A DNA stretch of 64,000 nt from the NCBI GenBank assembly GCA_036570125.1, contig DATCPK010000027.1, forward strand, positions 22,166 to 86,165. The letters are read 5' to 3'. The notes below the pieces were generated by a model. That model saw nothing but the letters and a program-made list of their open reading frames with translations. It ran no database searches and was not told the origin of the DNA. Positions 9,535-17,637 of this stretch are shown here, one piece after another. The stretch's first letter is position 1, and each line of letters begins with the position of its first letter. The stretch is from Candidatus Limnocylindria bacterium. Lineage in GTDB: Bacteria > Chloroflexota > Limnocylindria > P2-11E. The position numbers and the translations under genes were made by a program.

Positions 9535-11081
9535 GACCGCTCCTCGTCGTACCGCTCGTGCTCGCCGGCCTCGCGGCGTTCGCGGCAACACGCGCGCCGG
9601 TCTCCGACAGCGACTTCTTCTGGCACATCGCGATCGGTCGCGACATCGCAGCTCACGGCGTTCCGCGCGTCGACGTCTATTCGTGGACGGTCGCCGGCAA
9701 GACGGTCCTTCCGGATCAGTGGCTCGGCGAGTTGCTCCTGTACGCCGCGCACGCGATCGGATCGTGGACAGGCACGATCGCATTGCGAGCTCTCGCCGTC
9801 GGCGTGCTTATCGGGACCGTCGTCTGGACCGCGCTCGCCGAGCGACCGCGGCGGCCATTCATCGCCCTGCTCGCGTCGCTCCCTGCGATCGGCATTTCGC
9901 GGTTCGCGTGGACCGATCGGCCCGAGCTCTTCGGACTCGTCTGCTTCGCGATCATGATCGCGCTGCTTCGCGCGGTCCGTCGCGGATCACTCGCCGCGTT
10001 CGCGGTGTGCGTCCCGCTCGTCCTGTTGTGGACGAACCTTCACGGCTCGTATGCGCTCGGACTGGGACTGGTGCTCGTCGTCGCGCTCGAGCGCGCCGTG
10101 GTCGATCCGCTGCACCGCCGCCGGTACGCCGCCATCGCGATCGCGTCGGTGGTCGCCACCTTTGTCACGCCCGCGGGTCTCGCGACCTGGACGTCCTCGG
10201 GCGGCCACTTCCTCGCGCCGCCGCGTTTCGTGCAGGAGGAAGGGACTCCGGACGTTACGACGCTCCCCGGCCTTCTGTTCTCGGCCGCGCTGCTCGCGAC
10301 TCTCGGTACGGCGATGCTCGCGCCACGCGCGCGCGGCCGTGATGTGTTGTTCGAGATCGCGGTGCTGGTGCCGGTCGCGTTCGTCTCGCTGACCGCGACG
10401 CGCCATCTCGTGTTCTTCCCGATCGCTGCGGCTCCGTTTCTCTCTTCATGGGGACCGGAGGCGTTTGGAGAAGGGGTACGAACATTGAGAGAGGCGTGGG
10501 GCGCAAGTGCCGCGAGGATTGTGCGACCGATGACGATGAGGACGCGGGGTCGTCCGGCGCAGGGGGACCCGAGGCCCTACCGCGAAGCGGCCGGCGAAGG
10601 CGAAAGCCGAGGCCGGTCAGCGCCCGAGGGGGGGACCCGCGAGCACGTGAGGGCCCGCGGCCTCGGGCGCACGGTCTTCGCGGAAGCAGCAGCTGGCGTC
10701 ATCGCACTCGCGATGCTCGTCGCCGGCATCGCGACGGCTCCTCGCGACCCCGATCTCAGCGCATTTCCGATCGCCGCTCTGCCCCAACTTCCGGCCGGTC
10801 CGGGCCTCTTGAACCGCTACGACTGGGGTGGCTTTCTCATTTGGTACGCGCCTGCAACTCCCGTCTTCGTCGACGGAAGGCTCTTCCCATACGTCGGAGA
10901 AGCGCTCGACGACTATCGCGCGGTGATCGGACTCCACCCTGATTGGCGGCAAGTGCTCGCGAAGCGTGGCATTCGCACCGTGCTCGTCGCTCCGTCGGAC
11001 GCGATCGCTGTCGAGGGCGTAGCACTCGGCTGGCCGATACTCGCGCGAACCCCCGAATGGGTGATGTTGCGAGTGCCCTGA
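9531..11081 (+). CDS. Polytopic membrane protein, GT-C-like, paralogue B (with an extra Arg/Gly-rich loop)
   Basis: ...SDSDFFWHIAIGRDIAAHG...LLWTNLHGSYALGL...NRYDWGGFLIW..PVFVDGRL. GTGA overlap with paralogue A. Confidence 0.6.
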   Translation: MRPLLVVPLVLAGLAAFAATRAPVSDSDFFWHIAIGRDIAAHGVPRVDVYSWTVAGKTVLPDQWLGELLLYAAHAIGSWTGTIALRALAVGVLIGTVVWTALAERPRRPFIALLASLPAIGISRFAWTDRPELFGLVCFAIMIALLRAVRRGSLAAFAVCVPLVLLWTNLHGSYALGLGLVLVVALERAVVDPLHRRRYAAIAIASVVATFVTPAGLATWTSSGGHFLAPPRFVQEEGTPDVTTLPGLLFSAALLATLGTAMLAPRARGRDVLFEIAVLVPVAFVSLTATRHLVFFPIAAAPFLSSWGPEAFGEGVRTLREAWGASAARIVRPMTMRTRGRPAQGDPRPYREAAGEGESRGRSAPEGGTREHVRARGLGRTVFAEAAAGVIALAMLVAGIATAPRDPDLSAFPIAALPQLPAGPGLLNRYDWGGFLIWYAPATPVFVDGRLFPYVGEALDDYRAVIGLHPDWRQVLAKRGIRTVLVAPSDAIAVEGVALGWPILARTPEWVMLRVP

Positions 11082-11168
11082 GCGATACTTCGAGGCACGA
11101 AAGAACCCGCTCGCATCGGCCGTCAAACAGAAGATCTGGACGCGCAATTTGGCGACATCGTCGACGCC

Positions 11169-12113
11169 TTGCGGCTCGAGGTGCGCAACTTGCGACAACA
11201 GGTCGAGAAGTACGCACGCACATATCAGAAACATGCCGAAGACCGTGGACGCCACACGACCAACGGCGAGCTCGACGGCGAAACCCAGCGCGACTACCGC
11301 CGGCTGAAGCAATTGCAGCTGGTGGTCCAGCACATCGAGTCGAGCGCCGCGTATTTGCTCGGTTCGGGCATCGACCCTTCGTCAGACGCCGAGGACGAGA
11401 GCGTCGAGGCCGCCCAGCGCGTGCTCGGAAGCCTCGAGGCCGAGCGAGAGCGGCTGTATCGCGACGTTCACGATGGACCGGCGCAGGTGCTCGCGAACGC
11501 GATCTTCGAAGTCGAGTATCTCGAGCGCATCGCCGAACGCGCACCCGCCGAGATGCGTCAGACCCTCAAGACCGAGCTGGCGAATATCAAGGGCCAGTTC
11601 CGCGGCTCGCTCGATTCCGTGCGCGCGATGATCTACGACCTCCGGCCGCCCGAGCTGACCGAGCTCGGCCTCGCCGAGGCGATGCGCAACTACGCGTCCG
11701 AATGGGAGCTGCGCTGCGGGATCAAAGTCGCGAGCCAGCTCGACCTGAAGGACACCGGGCTCAGTCCTACGGATGAGCTCGCGGTCTATCGCATCATGCA
11801 GGAGGCACTTCAGAACGTGCACAAACACGCGCACGCGAGCGCGGTCGGCATCGCGTGGTCCCGCGCGAACGACAACTGGGTACTGCACGTGACCGACGAT
11901 GGGATGGGCTTCGATCTGGTGAAGGCCGCCCGCCACAAGAAGTCGGTCGGACTTCTCTCCATGCGCGAGCGCGCCGAGCTCATCGGCGGCTCGCTTCAGA
12001 TCCAGTCAACACCGGGCAAGGGAACGGCGGTCACGCTGCTCCTACCCGTCGAAAAGAAGGTTGAGCCGCTCCGCCCTCGTCGCAACGAGCGAGCTCACAA
12101 GGAGCAGGAATGA
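11169..12113 (+). CDS. Cytoplasmic sensor histidine kinase, NarL/DegS class (HisKA_3 + HATPase_c)
   Basis: Coiled-coil N-terminus. H-box LYRDVHDGPAQVLA, N-box QEALQNVHKHAHAS, G-boxes DDGMGF and GGSLQIQSTPGKGT. No TM segments. The start could lie upstream of TTG 11169. Confidence 0.85.
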   Translation: MRLEVRNLRQQVEKYARTYQKHAEDRGRHTTNGELDGETQRDYRRLKQLQLVVQHIESSAAYLLGSGIDPSSDAEDESVEAAQRVLGSLEAERERLYRDVHDGPAQVLANAIFEVEYLERIAERAPAEMRQTLKTELANIKGQFRGSLDSVRAMIYDLRPPELTELGLAEAMRNYASEWELRCGIKVASQLDLKDTGLSPTDELAVYRIMQEALQNVHKHAHASAVGIAWSRANDNWVLHVTDDGMGFDLVKAARHKKSVGLLSMRERAELIGGSLQIQSTPGKGTAVTLLLPVEKKVEPLRPRRNERAHKEQE

Positions 12114-12814
12114 GCGATAGGCCAGAACGCGCGATCCGTGTCCTACTCGCCGACGCGAGTCGGATCACCACCATGGGCATCCGGCAAGTCATCGAGAAAG
12201 AGTCGGATATAGAAATCGTCGGCGTGGCTTCCGATGGCGAAGAGGCTGTCGCGAAGACGAACGAGCTGGAGCCGGACGTGCTCGTCATCGAGGTGGACCT
12301 CCCACGGCTCTCGGGCATCAAGGCGACGCAGCGCGTACGGCGCGAGCTGCCGGCCGTCGGCGTCATCATCCTGACCGCCCAGGATCAGGAGCAGATCCTG
12401 TTCGAGGCGATCCGAGCCGGCGCGGCGGCGTACCTCCACAAGGACTGCGAGCCCGCCGAGCTCATCGACGCGATCCGCAAGGTGCGGTCCGGTCAATTCA
12501 TCATCAACGAGAAGATCTTCAGCCGGCCGGCTGTGGCGTCCAAGGTCCTCGCTGAGTTCCGCGAGCTTTCCGTGTATGGTCCAGGGTCGACGCACGTCTT
12601 CGCGCCGCTTTCGCCACGTGAGGTGCAGATCTTGGACAACATCGCCCAGGGCATGACGAACAAAGAGGTCGCCTATGCGTTGGCCATCTCCGAGCAGACG
12701 GTGAAGAATCATATGTCGAGCATTCTTCGCAAGCTGTCGGTGAACGACCGCACGCAGGCGGTCGTCTACGCGATCCGGCAGGGTTGGATCAAAGGACCGG
12801 AGATCGGTAATTGA
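12110..12814 (+). CDS. NarL/LuxR-family response regulator
   Basis: Receiver domain (VLVIEVDLPRLSG, IILTAQ, YLHKD) plus LuxR HTH (LSPREVQILDNIAQGMTNKEVAYALAISEQTVKNHMSSILRKL). ATGA overlap with the kinase. Confidence 0.9.
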   Translation: MSDRPERAIRVLLADASRITTMGIRQVIEKESDIEIVGVASDGEEAVAKTNELEPDVLVIEVDLPRLSGIKATQRVRRELPAVGVIILTAQDQEQILFEAIRAGAAAYLHKDCEPAELIDAIRKVRSGQFIINEKIFSRPAVASKVLAEFRELSVYGPGSTHVFAPLSPREVQILDNIAQGMTNKEVAYALAISEQTVKNHMSSILRKLSVNDRTQAVVYAIRQGWIKGPEIGN

Positions 12815-13845
12815 CGATGGCACCCCCTAGCGTTCTCGCGGAGATCGCGACCGAGCAGCAGAAGGTCACGGCCGAGATCCGCGAGCTCGACCTCCTCGTC
12901 GAGTCGACGCAGACCGAGGTGAACCGCCTCAGGTCTCGCGAAGACCAGATGAAGGCGAAGGTCGAGGAGGTCCGGAAGAATCCGGGCAACTTCCAGCGCG
13001 AGGAGATCTTCGGCGCGACGGACGAGCATGCCGCGGCGATGGCGCGCAGGATGACGATGGAAGGCCAGCTCAACTCACTACAGTCGAAGCGGAAGCTCAT
13101 CGACCGAAGCGCGCAGATCCTGGCGACGGCGCAGCGTCAGCTCGCTGAGTACACCGCCCCGCCGCTGCCGCCGGACACCGCGCCGCTCATCGACGAGAGC
13201 CGCCTCCTTCAAGCGGTCGTCGACACGCAGGAAGAGGAACGCAAGCGCATCGCACGCCAGGTGCACGACGGTCCGGCGCAGGCGATGGCGAACGTGGTCC
13301 TCCAGTCCGAGATCAGCGAACGCCTTTTCGACGTCGACGCTCAGAAATCGCGCGGCGAGCTCGCGTCGTTGCGGCAGATGGTGAACAAGACCCTGCAGGA
13401 GCTGCGCGGGTTCATCTTCGAGCTGCGGCCGATGATCCTGGACGACCTCGGTCTCGTGCCGACGCTCCGCCGCTACGTGCAGACGCTCATCGACAAGCAC
13501 GGAGTGCGTATCGACTTCTCGAGCACCGGCCGCGATCGCCGCCTGCCATCGGACGACGAGGTCGCGATCTTCCGGCTGATCCAGGACTCGCTCGTCGAGC
13601 GCATCGACAAGGCGCAGGCCAAGGACATCGTGCTCGGCCTCCAGTGGAAGGAAGACACGCTCGACGTGCTCCTGCAGAGCGACGGCAAGGAGCTGCCGCC
13701 CGACGGCGAGCTCCAGTCCGGCATCCGCCGCAGCGAACGCCTCGAACTTCTCCACGGCGACTCCACGCACGAGTCCCGCGCGGACGGCAACGTCGTCCTC
13801 AAGGTGAAGATCCCGATCCGGAGCGCACCGCAACTCGTCTCATGA
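12811..13845 (+). CDS. DegS-like histidine-kinase paralogue with degenerate ATP-binding domain
   Basis: Coiled-coil N-terminus and an intact H-box RIARQVHDGPAQAMA. The N-box reads DSLVERIDKAQAK (Asn lost), and the G1/G2 positions read SDGKEL / HGDSTHESRADGNV. Alternative start ATG 12817. Confidence 0.75.
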   Translation: MTMAPPSVLAEIATEQQKVTAEIRELDLLVESTQTEVNRLRSREDQMKAKVEEVRKNPGNFQREEIFGATDEHAAAMARRMTMEGQLNSLQSKRKLIDRSAQILATAQRQLAEYTAPPLPPDTAPLIDESRLLQAVVDTQEEERKRIARQVHDGPAQAMANVVLQSEISERLFDVDAQKSRGELASLRQMVNKTLQELRGFIFELRPMILDDLGLVPTLRRYVQTLIDKHGVRIDFSSTGRDRRLPSDDEVAIFRLIQDSLVERIDKAQAKDIVLGLQWKEDTLDVLLQSDGKELPPDGELQSGIRRSERLELLHGDSTHESRADGNVVLKVKIPIRSAPQLVS

Positions 13846-14360
13846 CCCCGACGTCGGAGCTCACGACCGATCAGGTCGCCGACTATCTCGAAGCGACCTG
13901 CGCCCTCGTCGAGTCCGAGCTTACCGCCCTTGGTGCTGACAGCAGCTGGCACTTCGACCCCAACGAGTGGTGCGCCAATCAAGTCGTGGGCCATCTCGTC
14001 GAAGCCGAGAAGCGCGGCTTCGCCGGCCGCATCCGCGAGATCCTCGCCGGCAAGCCCAAGACGAGCTCGTGGGATCAAGCGGCCGTCGCGAAGGACCGGA
14101 ACGACTGCGCTCGGCTCGGTCAAAGCCTATGGATGGAGTTCATGGGCGTCCGAAACGACAGCGTCAAGTTGGTTCGCTCGCTGAAGGCGACGGGTCTCAG
14201 CAACGGGATCGAACATCCGATGGCAGGTCGGTTGACGATCCGCGACCTGCTCCACGAATGGGTCTCCCATGACCGCAATCACACCAAGCAACTGCTGGCG
14301 ATCGCGCAGGAGCGAGTTTGGCCGCACATGGGCAACTCTCAAAAATTCAAGGGAGAGTAG
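13842..14360 (+). CDS. DinB-family (DinB_2) protein
   Basis: MTPTSELTTDQVADYLEAT...WCANQVVGHLVEAE...LLHEWVSHDRNHTKQLL (His triad pattern). ATGA overlap with the upstream gene. The ORF track extension 13644.. was discarded. Confidence 0.8.
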   Translation: MTPTSELTTDQVADYLEATCALVESELTALGADSSWHFDPNEWCANQVVGHLVEAEKRGFAGRIREILAGKPKTSSWDQAAVAKDRNDCARLGQSLWMEFMGVRNDSVKLVRSLKATGLSNGIEHPMAGRLTIRDLLHEWVSHDRNHTKQLLAIAQERVWPHMGNSQKFKGE

Positions 14361-14385
14361 CGGCGTGGGGGCATTGCAGGCTTAG

Positions 14386-14520
14386 GGCCACCGGTTGCAC
14401 GGGGGAGCGGGTTGCGCGCGAGCCGCTGACCGGCCGCGTCGCCACGGGCGTGAGATTGCGAGGCGGAGCGGACCGGTAGGCGAGCGCGCGACCCCGACCC
14501 CGGGACAGGACCCGCTGGCC
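14386..14520. repeat. Copy A of a ~140-nt structured dispersed repeat (inverted relative to copy B at 54033-54174)
   Basis: The reverse complement aligns with 54033-54174 and shares identical runs of 25, 13, 11 and 17 nt. Terminal arms GGCCA/TGGCC and internal hairpin 14435-14442/14458-14465. Fills the gap between convergent genes. Confidence 0.7.
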
Positions 14521-15548
14521 TAGCGTCGACTCGACCACCACCACACAGCGACAAGCCAAAACGGCGCTGCCGGAACTCCTGCCTGTTGAATCAGCGCGCT
14601 GATGATTCCCGTTCCAACCCATATGACGGTCGCCCGCGTCGTTGTCGCGGCTCGAGCGAGTGCCGGATAGGCCATGACTCCGTCGTGCAGCAATGCATGC
14701 GGTGCGGCCAGGATTGACCACAGCGAGGCGTCGACGGTGCGCGTGGTGAACATCCGCGAGCGAATGAAGACCGCCGCGGCTCCGATCGCATACAGGATCA
14801 CAGCGAGCGCGGCGTTCAGAAGGATCTCCTCGCCGCCGATGACCCGACGCACGAGCGCGGCGAGTCCGAGCTCGCCTGGGCGGAGCTCCGTCGCGATGCG
14901 CGTGAGCAGGTCGGGGTAGCGTGCCATTCCGTCGACGCCGACGGTCAGAAGCGACAAGAGCGCGACCGCGGCGGTCGTGATGACGAGACCGATAGCGCGC
15001 CGGCGCTCGGTGAGCGCGACGAGCGCGAAGAGCGGCAGGAACTGCGGACGGAACGCGGCGAGACCGAGGAGCGCGCCCGACCAGAGCGGTGGGGCTCGGA
15101 GCGAGGCGGCGACGGCGAGCAGCACGAAGGGCGTCGTCTGCCCTTCCGTCAGCGCGATGAGCGAGGGCGGCGCGAGGATCGCGAACGGAAGAAGGCGCAT
15201 GCGCTGTCGGGCATCGGCGAGCGGTCCGAGGAAATACGCGGCGGCCGCGAGTGCCAGAGCGCCGAGCGCTGCCCAGGTGGCGAACGCGGGGACGATCGGG
15301 AGCGCGCCGAGCGGCGCCATGAGGAGCGCGAGGGCCGGTGGATTCGGGTTGTTCAGGAAGATCGTCCGCTCCGGGATCGCGGCGTGCTCCATCGCCAGGA
15401 GGGCGTCCGCATCCGTCACCGACGACGCGGCGCCCGTCGCGACGAGCCGCGCGGCCGCGTAGAGAGCGACGAAGTCATACCCCGCGGGTTCGGTCGACCA
15501 GGTGACGAACGCGATGAGCCACGCGGCAGCGGCGAGGACCGCCGCCAC
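14520..15548 (-). CDS. GT87/DUF2029-like polytopic membrane glycosyltransferase
   Basis: ...TEPAGYDFVALYAAARLVATG..., with many TM helices. The ORF track start 15659 overlaps SpoIID by 100 nt, so I trimmed to GTG 15548, 11 nt after the SpoIID stop. Confidence 0.6.
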   Translation of the reverse strand: MAAVLAAAAWLIAFVTWSTEPAGYDFVALYAAARLVATGAASSVTDADALLAMEHAAIPERTIFLNNPNPPALALLMAPLGALPIVPAFATWAALGALALAAAAYFLGPLADARQRMRLLPFAILAPPSLIALTEGQTTPFVLLAVAASLRAPPLWSGALLGLAAFRPQFLPLFALVALTERRRAIGLVITTAAVALLSLLTVGVDGMARYPDLLTRIATELRPGELGLAALVRRVIGGEEILLNAALAVILYAIGAAAVFIRSRMFTTRTVDASLWSILAAPHALLHDGVMAYPALARAATTTRATVIWVGTGIISALIQQAGVPAAPFWLVAVWWWSSRR

Positions 15549-15559
15549 GGCGATGCGCG

Positions 15560-17041
15560 CTACGCGCCCCCGAGGGTCGTGATGTCGATCCCCAGGTAGT
15601 AGTGCTTCAGGATCTCCTCCGCCGACCTGCCGCCGAGTGCCATTCCCTGTGCGCCCCACTGCGACATTCCAACACCATGTCCGTATCCCTTGCCGGTGAA
15701 CACGAAACGCGCGGGCAGACGGTACTGCCAGCCCAGGACGCGGAGGGTGTGGATCGTGCGGTCGGGGTCCTTGACGCTCACGGTGAACGTGCGCTCGATC
15801 GTCGCGCCGAGCGAGTCGAGCTGCCTTACGCGCTCCGCATTCGAGGCCTCGACGAATTCGGTTTCCTCAGGGTGCGTCTCGACGGTGAAGAGCGTGCTGC
15901 GAAGTCCGAAGTAATACCGTGCCATGTCCTTGCCGATGTCGCGGCTGCCGGTCGATCCGACGATCGTCGCGGCGAGCACGCGTCCGGTCCCGGTGAGGCG
16001 CGTCAGGTCGATCCGCTGAGGATCACCGACGTCGACGCCGCGCCCGCCGATATAACTCCGGAGCTGCGGCGCGGTGAACTCGGTCGTCCACTCCCAACTG
16101 GTGTGACCCCAGGACGACGCTTGCGCGATGTCGTCGTTCGGAGACGGCACCGAGCGAAGGTACGGCAGCGCGTTCGCGTAGACATTTTCGCTGTCTTCGG
16201 TGATGCCTCCCGCGTTCGCGGAGTACAGCGCCTCGATGGCGGAGCCGCGATACGTCGCGATCATCCCGGCGGTGCGCTGCACCGCCTTCACCGTGGAGTC
16301 CGCTTCACCCGCGATGCCGTCGTATTCCTGGTCGCGCGTATCGCCCTCGAGGTCGTAGTTGTCGTGCTTGCCGAGGTGCCGCGAGAGGTAGGTGCGCGCA
16401 GCGATCGCCTGCGCCGCCAGCGCCTCGGGCATCCAGGTCGTGGGCTCCTCCGAGCCGACGACCGACGCGAGGTACGAGGCGGTATCCACCTCGTTGACGA
16501 CGATCATGTCGCCCTCGTCGTCGCGCGTGACGTCGAGGGTGCCGCGATACGCGCGTCCGTTGAAGGTGAGGAGCCCGCCGCTCGCGACGTAGTGGAGCGG
16601 CGTGATCTGTTGCGCTGAGAACAGGGGCTGGGCGAGTGGGTCCGAGCCGTCGCCCTCGACCGCGAACTCGAACGGCACGGTCAGGATCGGGATGTCCTCG
16701 ACCTGTGCGCGGAGGCGCGTCTCGCGGAACAGCTGGAGAAGGCTTCGGCGCTCGCCGGGATCGCGGACGCCCGCGAGGGCGTGGCTGGGATCGGCGAGGC
16801 GGCGAACTCCGCGGCGGGCCACCGTGTACGAGAACCCCTGGTAGAGCGTCCCGCCTTCCGCCTTTGTGACGGTGAGCGACCCGGTCGAGCCGATCTTCGC
16901 GTACGTCGTGCCGAGAAGCGAGACGTTCACACGGATCGTCGAAGGGAGCGGAGCGAGTTGCGTGTTCGATGCGGCGCGCTGCGGCGGCATCGCTGCAAAG
17001 ACCAGCACGACGATCAGCGTGCGCCCGAGCCAGATCTTCAC
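15560..17041 (-). CDS. SpoIID/LytB-domain protein (amidase enhancer/lytic transglycosylase family)
   Basis: Signal-like N-terminus. AIAARTYLSRH...ALYSANAGGITEDSENVY...GKGYGHGVGMSQWGAQGMA. Confidence 0.85.
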   Translation of the reverse strand: MKIWLGRTLIVVLVFAAMPPQRAASNTQLAPLPSTIRVNVSLLGTTYAKIGSTGSLTVTKAEGGTLYQGFSYTVARRGVRRLADPSHALAGVRDPGERRSLLQLFRETRLRAQVEDIPILTVPFEFAVEGDGSDPLAQPLFSAQQITPLHYVASGGLLTFNGRAYRGTLDVTRDDEGDMIVVNEVDTASYLASVVGSEEPTTWMPEALAAQAIAARTYLSRHLGKHDNYDLEGDTRDQEYDGIAGEADSTVKAVQRTAGMIATYRGSAIEALYSANAGGITEDSENVYANALPYLRSVPSPNDDIAQASSWGHTSWEWTTEFTAPQLRSYIGGRGVDVGDPQRIDLTRLTGTGRVLAATIVGSTGSRDIGKDMARYYFGLRSTLFTVETHPEETEFVEASNAERVRQLDSLGATIERTFTVSVKDPDRTIHTLRVLGWQYRLPARFVFTGKGYGHGVGMSQWGAQGMALGGRSAEEILKHYYLGIDITTLGGA

Positions 17042-17607
17042 GATCTCCTCGCGTACACCTCCGGCTTGAGCACGCCGACGAACGGGAGGTTGCGATACCG
17101 CTCGGCGTAATCAAGCCCGTACCCGACGACGAACTTATCGGGGATCTCGAAGCCTCGATAGTCGATGTCGATCGGGATCACGCGGCGTGCGGGTTTGTCG
17201 AGGAGCACGCACAGCCTGACCGATTCGGGCCGCTGCGCGCGCAGGTGATCGAAGACGTACGAGAGCGTGTGGCCGGTATCCAGGATGTCTTCGACGACGA
17301 GGACGTGCCGGCCCTCGATCGGATTCGCGAGGTCTTTCAGGATCCTGACGGCACCGCTCGATTCGGTGCCGGCGCCGTACGACGAGACCTCCAGGAAGTC
17401 GAGCGCGAGGGGGATCTGCGTCGCGCGCATGAGATCGGCGAGAAATGGCAGCGCACCCTTCAGGATGGAGACGAGAACGAGGTCCTTACCCTGGTAGTCC
17501 GCCGCGATGACCGCGCCGAGCTCGCGCACCTTTGCGGCGATCTGTTCGGTCGAGACCAGGACCTCTGCGACGTCGTCGGCCTGCTGAGGGCGCGCAATCA
17601 CGGTCAT
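17038..17607 (-). CDS. hpt: Hypoxanthine phosphoribosyltransferase
   Basis: ...LVSILKGALPFLADL...HVLVVEDILDTGHTLSYV...FVVGYGLDYAERYRNLPFVGVL; PRPP-binding motif. Confidence 0.92.
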   Translation of the reverse strand: MTVIARPQQADDVAEVLVSTEQIAAKVRELGAVIAADYQGKDLVLVSILKGALPFLADLMRATQIPLALDFLEVSSYGAGTESSGAVRILKDLANPIEGRHVLVVEDILDTGHTLSYVFDHLRAQRPESVRLCVLLDKPARRVIPIDIDYRGFEIPDKFVVGYGLDYAERYRNLPFVGVLKPEVYARRS

Positions 17608-17637
17608 GAGCGCTCAATTGTCGCAGGTGGCGTGCTG

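Noticed and set aside
10444-10690. Possible third copy of the 14386/54033 repeat inside paralogue B.
   Set aside because: It is GC-rich and palindromic. However, none of the conserved blocks of the repeat (such as GGTCCTGTCCCGGGGTCGGGGT or AACCCGCTCCCCCGTGC) can be aligned to it.
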